DNA of 64,000 nucleotides from a plasmid: sequence record CP113993.1; one strand, 5' to 3'. Shown piece by piece: positions 54,637 to 64,000 of this stretch (position 1 is its first letter; each line of letters starts with the position of its first letter). The notes under the pieces were generated by a model. It saw only the letters and a program-made list of their open reading frames with translations, ran no database searches and was not told where the DNA came from. The position numbers and the translations under genes were made by a program.

Positions 54637-55229
54637 CACACTGTTTATTAAGAGTTTAAATAAATCATAGTTTACGGTATCTCATACAGTCTGTGAATAT
54701 TCAATTGATAGACAGTTAAAACAACGCACTTATCATCAATCTAAATGAAAAAAAGCAAAGTGACAGGTACTACTTGCTCCCGCCACATTACATGTATTAC
54801 TTAAAATTGAAACAATCAGGAAATTAGATAAATGAATTATTATTCATCAATATGAAGTTTATCTTAATAAACAGATATCTAGATATGAGATAGTTGATCT
54901 CTTTATAGGGAGCGCAGCGAGAATTGTACAATTATCTATTGGCAGCTATAATTACCAGATGGGCTAAACAATACCAATCATAGCGCCAATTCACAGATTT
55001 GAACGATATTTGATTGACCATGGTTCAGATTTAGTACAGTGCTAATAATATTTCCGCTGTATGTAGGTTCGTAACGATTTTATTGGCAATATAACCATCT
55101 CTTATTACTTACTCGATATTCCTGATAACTTGATCTGCATCTACTTTTTGTTAATTATACTTGTCATGATATGCAATGATCATAAGTCGTCACAGAAATA
55201 CTGTTGAGCAGACCTGGATTTCCATGTTC

Positions 55230-56279
55230 TTATTGATATGAGAATGTTATTGTTGATACAGCCTGTACGGTACCAGTCCGGATATCTCCTGTACGGATAT
55301 AATTAATTTTAAGGCTGGCCACAGGATTCAGTTCACCTCGGTATGAGGAAAATCGCCACTGATTTGTATTCCCTTTTACTGATGAATCAGGACCGAATCT
55401 TAAGGCTTCCGGGTTTCCGTCTTTGTATATCTTCAGACCAACTCCACTTGCTGTTGATGTTTTATCCAGCGAGAGCACCGGGCTCTGGTTTGCTGGCTCC
55501 GTTGCATCAGTCAGTGTCGCATAGACATCAATATTATCCTGACATTTTAACCGTAAATTAAGGTTTCCCCCGGTAATCTCTGAGCCAACTGAAGGAAACT
55601 GTTTTTTATAGACAGCAGCTAACTGAACGGTGTAGTTACTTTGTGAAAGGCTGCACGTTTTGGTTTTAACAAAGAAGTTAAAACCGTTCAGAATAATAAA
55701 CGACGTCCCCCCCAGACGGCTAACTCCACTGTTACTTGAAGTGACTGAAAAGTTTCCCACATGAACGGGGGGAACATTAACCCACCCGGGTGAAAGCCTG
55801 CCCAGTGCAATGATGCCAATCCTAATCGACGCCCCCATTCTCGGAACAAGATACCATCTGCCATTTGGAGGAATCACATCCATCAGGTTATTCCCCTTCA
55901 TCTTAACCCCTTCCCCGAATCCGCTTTCCTGACTGTCGGCTATGGTAAAAGTCACACCGATATTGGGAACGCCAATATCGTAAATGTCTTGTCCGTCATA
56001 CTGCCCAAGTACAGGGCGAGTTATTGTAGCCTGCCCCCTGAGATAATATGGCCAGCAGTAATCAAACAACACATTTTCACTGTAATAAGAACTTCTGCCA
56101 ATCTGTAATGGATAAGAAGAGGCATCAGCCGGCACGTCAAGATTATTGAACAGAATGTCCGGTCTTAAAATAAAATTTCTAGGGGTGTTATTACAGAAAC
56201 TGGCCGCTGCGACTTGCTTTGCCAGAAAAAGAAAAAAAAGCACAACAAAATAATGTGTTTTAACCTGTAAGTTCGTCAT
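55230..56279 (-). CDS. Fimbrial tip adhesin / two-domain minor subunit (FimH-like architecture)
   Basis: 349 aa with a signal peptide. The C-terminal pilin domain ends ...TFSYQ. It is the last gene of the chaperone-usher operon. Confidence 0.7.
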   Translation of the reverse strand: MTNLQVKTHYFVVLFFLFLAKQVAAASFCNNTPRNFILRPDILFNNLDVPADASSYPLQIGRSSYYSENVLFDYCWPYYLRGQATITRPVLGQYDGQDIYDIGVPNIGVTFTIADSQESGFGEGVKMKGNNLMDVIPPNGRWYLVPRMGASIRIGIIALGRLSPGWVNVPPVHVGNFSVTSSNSGVSRLGGTSFIILNGFNFFVKTKTCSLSQSNYTVQLAAVYKKQFPSVGSEITGGNLNLRLKCQDNIDVYATLTDATEPANQSPVLSLDKTSTASGVGLKIYKDGNPEALRFGPDSSVKGNTNQWRFSSYRGELNPVASLKINYIRTGDIRTGTVQAVSTITFSYQ

Positions 56280-56435
56280 AATCGTCCTCTCTGTTTTTTC
56301 AGTTACGCTGTCGACTGATAATCATTTAGATACTTTTCATCTCAGCGCTCATCATTTTATTGCCCGGTACTCAAGTTTTTGTTACTGTTCAGGAAAATAT
56401 ATTAGGGCCACGTATTATTTAGGAATGTTAATAAT

Positions 56436-59018
56436 TTAGTGTCCCGAATACACTGTATGCTGTTTCTGAACAATAGTAGCATTTCTCTTTTCCGGTCTTA
56501 TACAGCGCACGGGTTGTATGGTAGCTACAGGATTATTCGCCTGATGTTTTGCAACAATGTGGTAAGAAAAGGTACAGTTATCGGTAATATAGCTTCCCCA
56601 TACTACCTTTATATTTCCTTTATCCTTCAGCCCACGGGCAAAAAGTCTTCCTCCCTGAACAACATACCCAACGGATTTCCCCTGAGTATCAAAAGCTTCC
56701 GATGCCATAGGAGGAGTACTTCCGTCTGACATTCGTATATCAAACAACACAGCTTCACCTGACTGCGTGGTGAAATTCACCAGCGTCGCACTGTTTGCCC
56801 GCGGAATAATTTCCTGTTCTGTCGCTGACAGCTCAACATTCAGCGGCAACGCTTCGGGATCGATACTGACCGCATTTTTTTCATAAGGTGTGACGGATGG
56901 CACAATACCGTTACCCCAACGATCAATACGGTTTCCTGGAGAATTATTAATCGTTGCCCCACGGGCACCTTCTGCATGAATAATCGCGAATGTATCACTC
57001 AGTTCGTTACTCAGGGTAAGCCCAAATGGATGGACCACCACAGCACCGGATACACCAAACGAAGACTGGCGATGATTGAGACTGTCATTACCAGCAGTTG
57101 CGGTTAAATAAGCATAAGGCGAACGGTAACCGGCACTGGCTGAATATCCGGTACCACCTTTTTCCATCGTGCTGGCAGAAAGGCCATATGAAAACTGATT
57201 GTCTTCCCCGGTGACACCACTGACCGAGGTTTGCAAACTGTTCCCGTCTCCTCTGCTGTAATTCAGCGTAGTGGATAACAGCGAACTCTGAGGGCTTTCG
57301 CCCAGTGGAACGGAGAAATTCGCATAAATACGACGATCATCGCGCAACTTGTCCGTGTCAAATGACCGGGAATAACCCACCTGATAGTTCAAACGCCGGT
57401 ATACGTTACTGTACCCTGCCTGATATTCGCTACGGGTCCCTTTGCGAGTCCAGTAGCTGTACGTTGTTCCCGTCAGGTAAAGATTACCCCAACCAGTTCC
57501 CAGCTCCTGGTTAACGGAAATCTGAAACTGATTTCTGGGACGCCAGAGCATTATATTTCCGGTCTGACTGTTCCCGGAATAATCTCCCCGGCTGGTCCAC
57601 ATGGCATCACGCAGATTATAGAAATCTTTCGACATATACCGGTAGGCAGCCAGTGTCAAACTGGTACTTATTGATGGCACCATAACACTGTAACTGGTGT
57701 GCAAGCTGTATCCTTTCCGTGTAATGTCATCACCGGGTAATATTGTCCTGGAAAATGTTACGTCAGTGGCTATAGCACCCAGTGGAGTATTAAATGCCAC
57801 ACCGGCCAGGCTGGCAGCATAACGGGGCGCTGTCGTCAGCCCGGTATTTACCGTAACATCATTCACTAACCCGTACTGCAGGGTCCCCTGAAAAACGATA
57901 TCATCCAAGGTATTGTCTGCATAACGGTATCGACCGGATGATATCTGATACCGGATATACCCGGGCCGGACAAGTTGCGCCACAGAAGCAAACGGGACGG
58001 TGAACAGGCGAGTCTGTCCATCTGCTTCTGTAATGATAACCGTCAGGTCTCCCCCATATCCGGAAGGATAGAGATCGCTGACAGTAAATGGCCCTGCCGG
58101 AACGGTTGTTTCATAAATGATATTACCATTCTGTCTGATGGTTACTTTTGCATTACTACTGGCTACCCCATGCACTACCGGCGCATAGCCTCTCAGGGAA
58201 CCCGGTAACATCCTGTCATCAGATGCCAGTTTCATGCCACGGAGGCTAATGTTCTCCATCAGCTCCCCTCCGGTACTGAAGTCCCCCGCCGTCAGCTGCC
58301 CTCTCAGTGCGGCCACATCATGCTGGATACTGGTTTCTGTACTTCGGTAACCACCGGCGGACCAGTTTCCCCTGTGCCGTAACGCAAATCCTTCTACATT
58401 CAGCCCTGCACGGATCCCCAAGTAAGTCTTATCTTCCTGTGTACCGGCTACCCGGTAACGGTAATTATTCAGGTTATAGTTAACAAACGCGGCAGGTACA
58501 CCCGTCTGCCACTGTGCCGGTGAAATATATCCTCGGGGACGGTGGATGAGCAGCGCCTGTGGGAGGTCGATATTCAGACGCAGTTCCGATGGTATAAACC
58601 GTGTTCTGGCTGCCGGTAAGGCAGAAGAAATATCAGTACAACCACTAATTTTTCTCATTACTTCTTTTTTTAGCACTTCTTCGTTCAAGTCCAGTAATGA
58701 TAACAGCTCAGGTGTCAGGCAAAGTACGGTCCGGTCCATGTCAACTGATGCCTGAAAATACAATACCGTTCTTCCTTTCCATTCTCCGTTAAGCCAGATA
58801 TCAGAATAGTATTCACCTGCCGGAACCGGCTCTCCATGACTGAATTTTTTCACATCAATGACACTTTCTCCGGGAATATGTTGTAAAAATGCCGGATTAA
58901 ATTCAGCGTCTGTTGCCGCCTGTATGTTACGGGCCATCAGGCCAAACAATATACTGAAATATAATAGTAGCGATGACCTGCCTGCCATTGTCCTTTGTGC
59001 CTGGCATTTCTTTTTCAC
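56436..59018 (-). CDS. Fimbrial outer-membrane usher protein (FimD/PapC family), 860 aa
   Basis: Size, signal peptide and usher-typical beta-rich sequence with a conserved Cys pair. Position between the chaperone and adhesin genes. Confidence 0.88.
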   Translation of the reverse strand: MKKKCQAQRTMAGRSSLLLYFSILFGLMARNIQAATDAEFNPAFLQHIPGESVIDVKKFSHGEPVPAGEYYSDIWLNGEWKGRTVLYFQASVDMDRTVLCLTPELLSLLDLNEEVLKKEVMRKISGCTDISSALPAARTRFIPSELRLNIDLPQALLIHRPRGYISPAQWQTGVPAAFVNYNLNNYRYRVAGTQEDKTYLGIRAGLNVEGFALRHRGNWSAGGYRSTETSIQHDVAALRGQLTAGDFSTGGELMENISLRGMKLASDDRMLPGSLRGYAPVVHGVASSNAKVTIRQNGNIIYETTVPAGPFTVSDLYPSGYGGDLTVIITEADGQTRLFTVPFASVAQLVRPGYIRYQISSGRYRYADNTLDDIVFQGTLQYGLVNDVTVNTGLTTAPRYAASLAGVAFNTPLGAIATDVTFSRTILPGDDITRKGYSLHTSYSVMVPSISTSLTLAAYRYMSKDFYNLRDAMWTSRGDYSGNSQTGNIMLWRPRNQFQISVNQELGTGWGNLYLTGTTYSYWTRKGTRSEYQAGYSNVYRRLNYQVGYSRSFDTDKLRDDRRIYANFSVPLGESPQSSLLSTTLNYSRGDGNSLQTSVSGVTGEDNQFSYGLSASTMEKGGTGYSASAGYRSPYAYLTATAGNDSLNHRQSSFGVSGAVVVHPFGLTLSNELSDTFAIIHAEGARGATINNSPGNRIDRWGNGIVPSVTPYEKNAVSIDPEALPLNVELSATEQEIIPRANSATLVNFTTQSGEAVLFDIRMSDGSTPPMASEAFDTQGKSVGYVVQGGRLFARGLKDKGNIKVVWGSYITDNCTFSYHIVAKHQANNPVATIQPVRCIRPEKRNATIVQKQHTVYSGH

Positions 59019-59028
59019 TGTTCACCCT

Positions 59029-59760
59029 TTACTGAATTGATGACCTGCCTTCTTCATCACCACCATAATCATTAATGACAGTCCAGATGACACTGCTGCC
59101 CTGGGCATTTTTTCCCGGTGAGACAAATTCTTTGAAGGAATATGGTGAGACCATACCTGGATGACTGAATGACAACATATCCTGCCCGGTCTTCAGCAAA
59201 ATTTTTCGGTATGTAATGAAATAGGGCGTCTGGTTGTCGGCCCTGAGAAGAATCCGACCCTCTTTGTGTATCAGTGACCATTTGACCTGCCTGCGTGCAT
59301 CAGCCGGAGACTGACTTAATGTATCAGGCCGAAAAAAAAGCTTAATTCGGCTGCGGACAGCAAGCTGAAGATAATTTATATGACCGCCATCGGTTTCACT
59401 TTCTTCAGTTTCGGGTCTGGAAGGGATATCGAGTACATTCAGATAAAACACCGACTCCCTGTCCCGGGGGAGGGGTTCCCCGGTATACATAATCCTTAAA
59501 GTTTGCCCTGTGCCCGCCTCCACTCTGGAAACCGGGGGAGTGATAATAAAAGGAACTTTGACAGAATCAGGGGGACTGTATGCATTACCGGTATCAAGCC
59601 ATGCCTGAACTAACGACGGTGAGTTTTCTCCATTATGGAGCTGAACATTAATACTTTTTTTCTGCTCAGGATATATCACCCGTGTCCCCATAATAACAAC
59701 GCTGGCACTGGCAGAAAAAGATATCAATGCTGATATAATAAAAAGTATCAATCCGGGCAT
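59029..59760 (-). CDS. Periplasmic fimbrial chaperone (PapD/FimC family)
   Basis: Signal peptide MPGLILFIISALISFSASA. Conserved chaperone strand motifs (…RVIYPEQKKSINVQLHNGENSPSLVQAWLD…). Confidence 0.85.
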   Translation of the reverse strand: MPGLILFIISALISFSASASVVIMGTRVIYPEQKKSINVQLHNGENSPSLVQAWLDTGNAYSPPDSVKVPFIITPPVSRVEAGTGQTLRIMYTGEPLPRDRESVFYLNVLDIPSRPETEESETDGGHINYLQLAVRSRIKLFFRPDTLSQSPADARRQVKWSLIHKEGRILLRADNQTPYFITYRKILLKTGQDMLSFSHPGMVSPYSFKEFVSPGKNAQGSSVIWTVINDYGGDEEGRSSIQ

Positions 59761-59812
59761 GATAACCTCGGTTAAGGCAAAAAACAGATCTCTGCATGAC
59801 GCACATAAATAA

Positions 59813-60349
59813 TTATTCGTATGCAATCGTGTAGTTCACAGTAGCAGCAACATCTCCGGCTGTTGCTGCCCCTGTTGCATAGTATCTCGCGTTGTAGCGC
59901 AACTTGATATCTGAAGTGTCAATTCGGGTCGCAACGGTATTCTGAGAGGCCACATCCTTACCCAATACAACAGGAGTGCTTCCATCCGCATTTAATAACT
60001 GGACCTGCACATTTTTTGCAGTACCGGTATTCGTCAGATTCCCGGTATTAAAATCTGTCGTGGCGTTTGGTTCAAAATAAGCTTTAACATTTTGGCCACC
60101 GGAAGAAGCCCCGGCATCACATCCATTTAGCTCAATAATAAACGGCGTTAATGCTGCAGTCTTGGCAGTAGTGTCCAGTAATGCTTTTGAAACCGCAGGT
60201 AATGTCACGGTCATATTTTTACTACCGGTAGTGACTGAGCAGGTCTGGTCCAGTATTTTACCCACAAAGTTAATTGTACCATCATAGGCCTGAACTCCGC
60301 CTGAAAACGCAAGGGACAGCATACCAGTTGCGACAAAAATATTTTTCAT
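59813..60349 (-). CDS. Type-1-like fimbrial major subunit
   Basis: Signal peptide MKNIFVATGMLSLAFSGGVQA. GTINFVGKILDQTCSV N-terminal donor-strand region with Cys. The C-terminal ...NYTIAYE pilin signature. Confidence 0.85.
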   Translation of the reverse strand: MKNIFVATGMLSLAFSGGVQAYDGTINFVGKILDQTCSVTTGSKNMTVTLPAVSKALLDTTAKTAALTPFIIELNGCDAGASSGGQNVKAYFEPNATTDFNTGNLTNTGTAKNVQVQLLNADGSTPVVLGKDVASQNTVATRIDTSDIKLRYNARYYATGAATAGDVAATVNYTIAYE

Positions 60350-61630
60350 ACACCAGCTCCTCAATAACAGAATTAAGCAATGATGACATCATTATTGAAA
60401 TAAAATAGATAAGACCTTTATAAACAACCAGGAGTTATCTGACAGAAAGTATTATTGACTGCAACATAAAATTCAACGTGTTTATATCATTTGATTACCA
60501 TTTTATCAATAGACATAAGCTATCAATTATAACAATTCGATCGCCAGTATCGATTTCCTTCTATTGCCAATTTACTGCCATCCAACATTAAAAACCAATT
60601 AAAACAATACGTTAATCACTTAAACAATAAAAGACTAACTCAATAAAACACCGGTTTGACCGTGCTATAAACACTATTTTTAAACTGAGATCACCCACAT
60701 GAAAATAATAACTATGTTTATTTTATCAGACTCAACAGATCTTAAGTGATGGTACAAAAGTGGATTGTTATATAAGACAAACATGAAGAAGTTAAACTGA
60801 CAACCAGTCTGTCCTGCCTGATGTATCAAGGGTTGTATTGCGGAGTAATATATACTCTGTAAGGTGTAACCGTGACTCACTGAAAAATAATCCCACATAA
60901 TTATCATTAAATATAATTTATATTTTTAGGATTTATCTGTTAATCTCAGCAATGAAAGTCGTGTAAATTGTGCACTATTGCACCAGTAACTATTGGACTG
61001 GAATTATCGTTAATACATAAAAATAGCTTGATAACTTATCGGTGTAGTATAGGAGGTCGTTGGCGGAGAAGTCACTCAGAATTTAACTTATACCACCTGC
61101 TTTATTCACAGTAAACGGGACCTTTTTATCCCAGGATATCGCTGATGCGCTCAAGGTCACCATGCCCGGATATAAAAAATCAATCCAAGACAGAAAAAAG
61201 AAGACGAAGATCTGATAACGATGTAATTCTGGAAGCCACGATAGTATCAGGAAAAATAATTCATACAGAAAGTACTCTTATTCAGCAAATGAAAAATCGG
61301 GAAAAGGGAATCGTTTATCTGAAATTGCCACAGTGATATGAACCGTATGTCCGGAGAACGCTGAAAGTTAATAAAAATGTGACATACTGGTACTATGAAG
61401 AAGTTTGGCTTCATTACACGGTAGATGTAAATATTATTTTTTTATACATCTACTCAGGGGAGGATGTCTTTGACTCCATGGTCTGCTGTGCAAATGAAAT
61501 CACGGACACTTTATCTATTTGCGCGTAAGACCTCGCCCAATCGGGCGGGAACATAAGCGCGGTAACTGCGTAACATTTTTTTGACCTTCGTCAATAGAGC
61601 TTATATTTTTCAGCGTATTTTTTAAGCTCT

Positions 61631-62400
61631 GTGAAACGCGCCTGTAAATATCGGTTCTATCCAACACCCGTTCAGGTTGAGCTTTTGGCTCAAACGTTCG
61701 GGTGCGTGCGTTTTGTCTATAACAGCATTTTGCGCTGGCGCACTGACGCGTACTATAAGCGCCAGGAGAAAATCGGCTATACGCAAGCCAGCGCACGATT
61801 AACAGCGCTGAAAAAGGAGCCAGAATTTGCCTGGCTCAACGATGTTTCCAGCGTGCCGCTACAGCAGGCCCTGCGCCATCAACAGGCCGGATTCTCAAAC
61901 TTTTTCGCCGGACGGGCCAGATACCCGACATTCAAAAGCAAACGGTCATACACAGGCCGCTACGCTCACCGGTGCCGCGTTTAAATACCGCGATAGCAGG
62001 TTGTACATGGTAAAGAGCAAAGCGCCTTTAGACGTGCGCTGGAGCCGCCCGCTGCCGTCCGTGCCGTCTACCGTCACCGTGTCCAGAGATGCCGCCGGGC
62101 GGTACTTTGTTTCGTGCCTTTGCGGGGTTAAAAGATTTGTTCGTCACCGATACCGGATTCAGGTCCGGCTATCCCCGCCATACCGCTAAATACGCGGCTC
62201 GCCTGGCGCCACTCCAGCGCCGGTTAAGCAAAAAGGCTAAAGGCTCAAAGAACCGCGCCAGAGCCCGCTTAAAGGTGGCCCGGCTCCACGCGAAAATTGC
62301 CGATTGCCGCCAGGATGCCCTGCACAAGGCCACCCGCGAACTTGTCGTTCGGCCACCGGCGTCATGGCCGCAATCGTGGCACGTGAGTAACCCGCTTTCA
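61631..62400 (+). pseudogene. tnpB: TnpB (IS605 OrfB family) copy 2, frameshifted and 3'-truncated
   Basis: MKRACKYRFYPTPVQVELLAQTFGCVRFVYNSILRWR...; later frames carry ...LKDLFVTDTGFRSGYPRHTAKYAARLAPLQRRLSKKAKGSKNRARARLKVARLHAKIADCRQDALHKATREL. The left end at 61519-61630 is about 85% identical to 49690-49800. Confidence 0.78.
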
Positions 62401-63085
62401 GAAGTACCGTCCGGGTCAGCAATTGTTCTCTCGAACCAGTCGCGGGCGTTGCGGGCCCGGGCCAGCATACAGCACTGTACCGATCGCGCGCCGGCCAGCA
62501 AATCGCCGGGAAAACTGGCATCAAAACTGGCGTTATAGATGATGACATCCTGGTCCTGTACCGCAGTCCTGATCCGCGACGCCGGTTCATCCGGCGTGAA
62601 TTTATCACGTACCATCGCCGGCGTGATGCCGTGGGCAACCTGTGCCGCCGGCCTGGCTTTGAAAGTGTCAGGCGGACAAATCAGGGTATTCGGGAGGGGC
62701 ACGCCAGTATCACTGATGATGGCAGTCTCCGGCAGGGCATCCGATGCCGGACTGAGACAGGTGGATTCAGTATCCGGACAGACGCGCGACCGTGTCATGA
62801 CGTCGTGTTCTCCCTGTCCGTGCGCAGTCGCCAGACCGCCCCGCCGAACTCTGTTCCCCCGACGGTCTGTGTACAGGTTTCATCACAGACCGGCCACTTC
62901 TGTACCACCGCAAAATCCATATGACAGAGTGGGGTATCCCCGGGTTCACCGGGTGTTTCCAGCACAAGCCCGTCCGGAACGATCGGAGAGGACGTACCTG
63001 CCAGTCTGGCGGAGCGGCGCCAGAAACTCCGGATACAGCCTCCCTGCCTGAGTACGCAGAGAAGCACCTGCTCGCTGACACGCAT
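62400..63085 (-). pseudogene. DnaQ-like (DEDDh) 3'-5' exonuclease-domain gene, frameshifted near 62798 and 3'-truncated by the tnpB element
   Basis: …GLVLETPGEPGDTP…CHMDFAVV… (Exo I-like) in one frame. …HGITPAMVRDKFTPDEPASRIRTAVQDQDVIIYNASFDASF… (Exo II H-N-A-x-F-D) in the next frame. Confidence 0.5.
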
Positions 63086-63086
63086 G

Positions 63087-63612
<526 letters not shown>

Positions 63613-64000
63613 GATAAGCCCTCATTAACATACCTATAATATGCCTATCAGTATAGATGAAAGACACACCTTGGTGATAGCCAGAAAAAGCATACCATTA
63701 ATTCGCCATAAGTTTTTTAATACGATTTTCCCTGCCGTGATGTTTTCTTATTGCGATAATTATCAGCCTGATAACACAGACAGTAAATTACCGGACGGCT
63801 GTTTTCGGGTGATCCGACTTTTTGCTTATTCGCGAATTTCCGGAAGTGTACTACGGACAGGGAATAAGAGAAGCGGTCTTTCTGGCCCCTGCACGCCGGA
63901 TCACGAATAAGGTATCAGACACTACATACAGAATGGCGGTCCGACTGATGGGGGCATATGTTGTGGTGAGAGGGCGCCGGGCGGAATTGCAGGGTTCGAA

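Noticed and set aside
62169-63051. Long minus- and plus-strand ORFs (209 aa, 170 aa, 133 aa) across the tnpB copy 2 / exonuclease junction
   Set aside because: GC-rich overlapping frames. The only parts with family-level similarity are the tnpB fragments (plus) and the DnaQ-like segments (minus). The rest is read-through.

Overview
This window is the 3' half of a yersiniabactin High-Pathogenicity Island, followed by about 50 kb of AT-rich accessory DNA full of decayed mobile elements. The island part carries irp1 (5'-truncated by the window edge), ybtU, ybtT, ybtE and fyuA/psn, with a Fur-box-like promoter. After fyuA there is no integrative-element module. Instead, in order: (i) an endolysin-like peptidoglycan amidase next to a class-II-microcin-like gene with a double-glycine leader; (ii) a methionine gamma-lyase and permease pair behind a sigma-54 promoter, with a convergent sigma-54 activator; (iii) an insertion-sequence graveyard. 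The graveyard holds an IS200-family tnpA, a resolvase fragment, an APH(6)-like kinase, an IS285-like (IS256 family) element split by an IS21-family element, a KfrA-like gene, group II intron fragments, IS3/IS407-like, IS10-like, tnpB-only IS605-family copies and an IS110 fragment. The most system-like novel content is a low-GC sub-island (about 30.5 to 48.7 kb). It contains an RfaH/NusG-paralog gene upstream of a 1781-aa PATR-repeat, glycine-rich autotransporter and an EAL c-di-GMP phosphodiesterase. It also has two paralogous GrlA/CaiF-family regulators, one translationally coupled to a LuxR-type regulator. Finally it has a ColV-like export locus: a C39-peptidase ABC transporter, a HlyD-family membrane fusion protein and a divergently transcribed 186-aa double-glycine-leader cargo with His-rich tandem repeats. 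Two more double-glycine-leader peptide genes (15.7 kb and 54.2 kb) share the leader and an N-terminal motif with that cargo. A four-gene chaperone-usher fimbrial operon and chromosomal ccdAB complete the window. All calls come from reading the translations and the DNA. No database searches were run.
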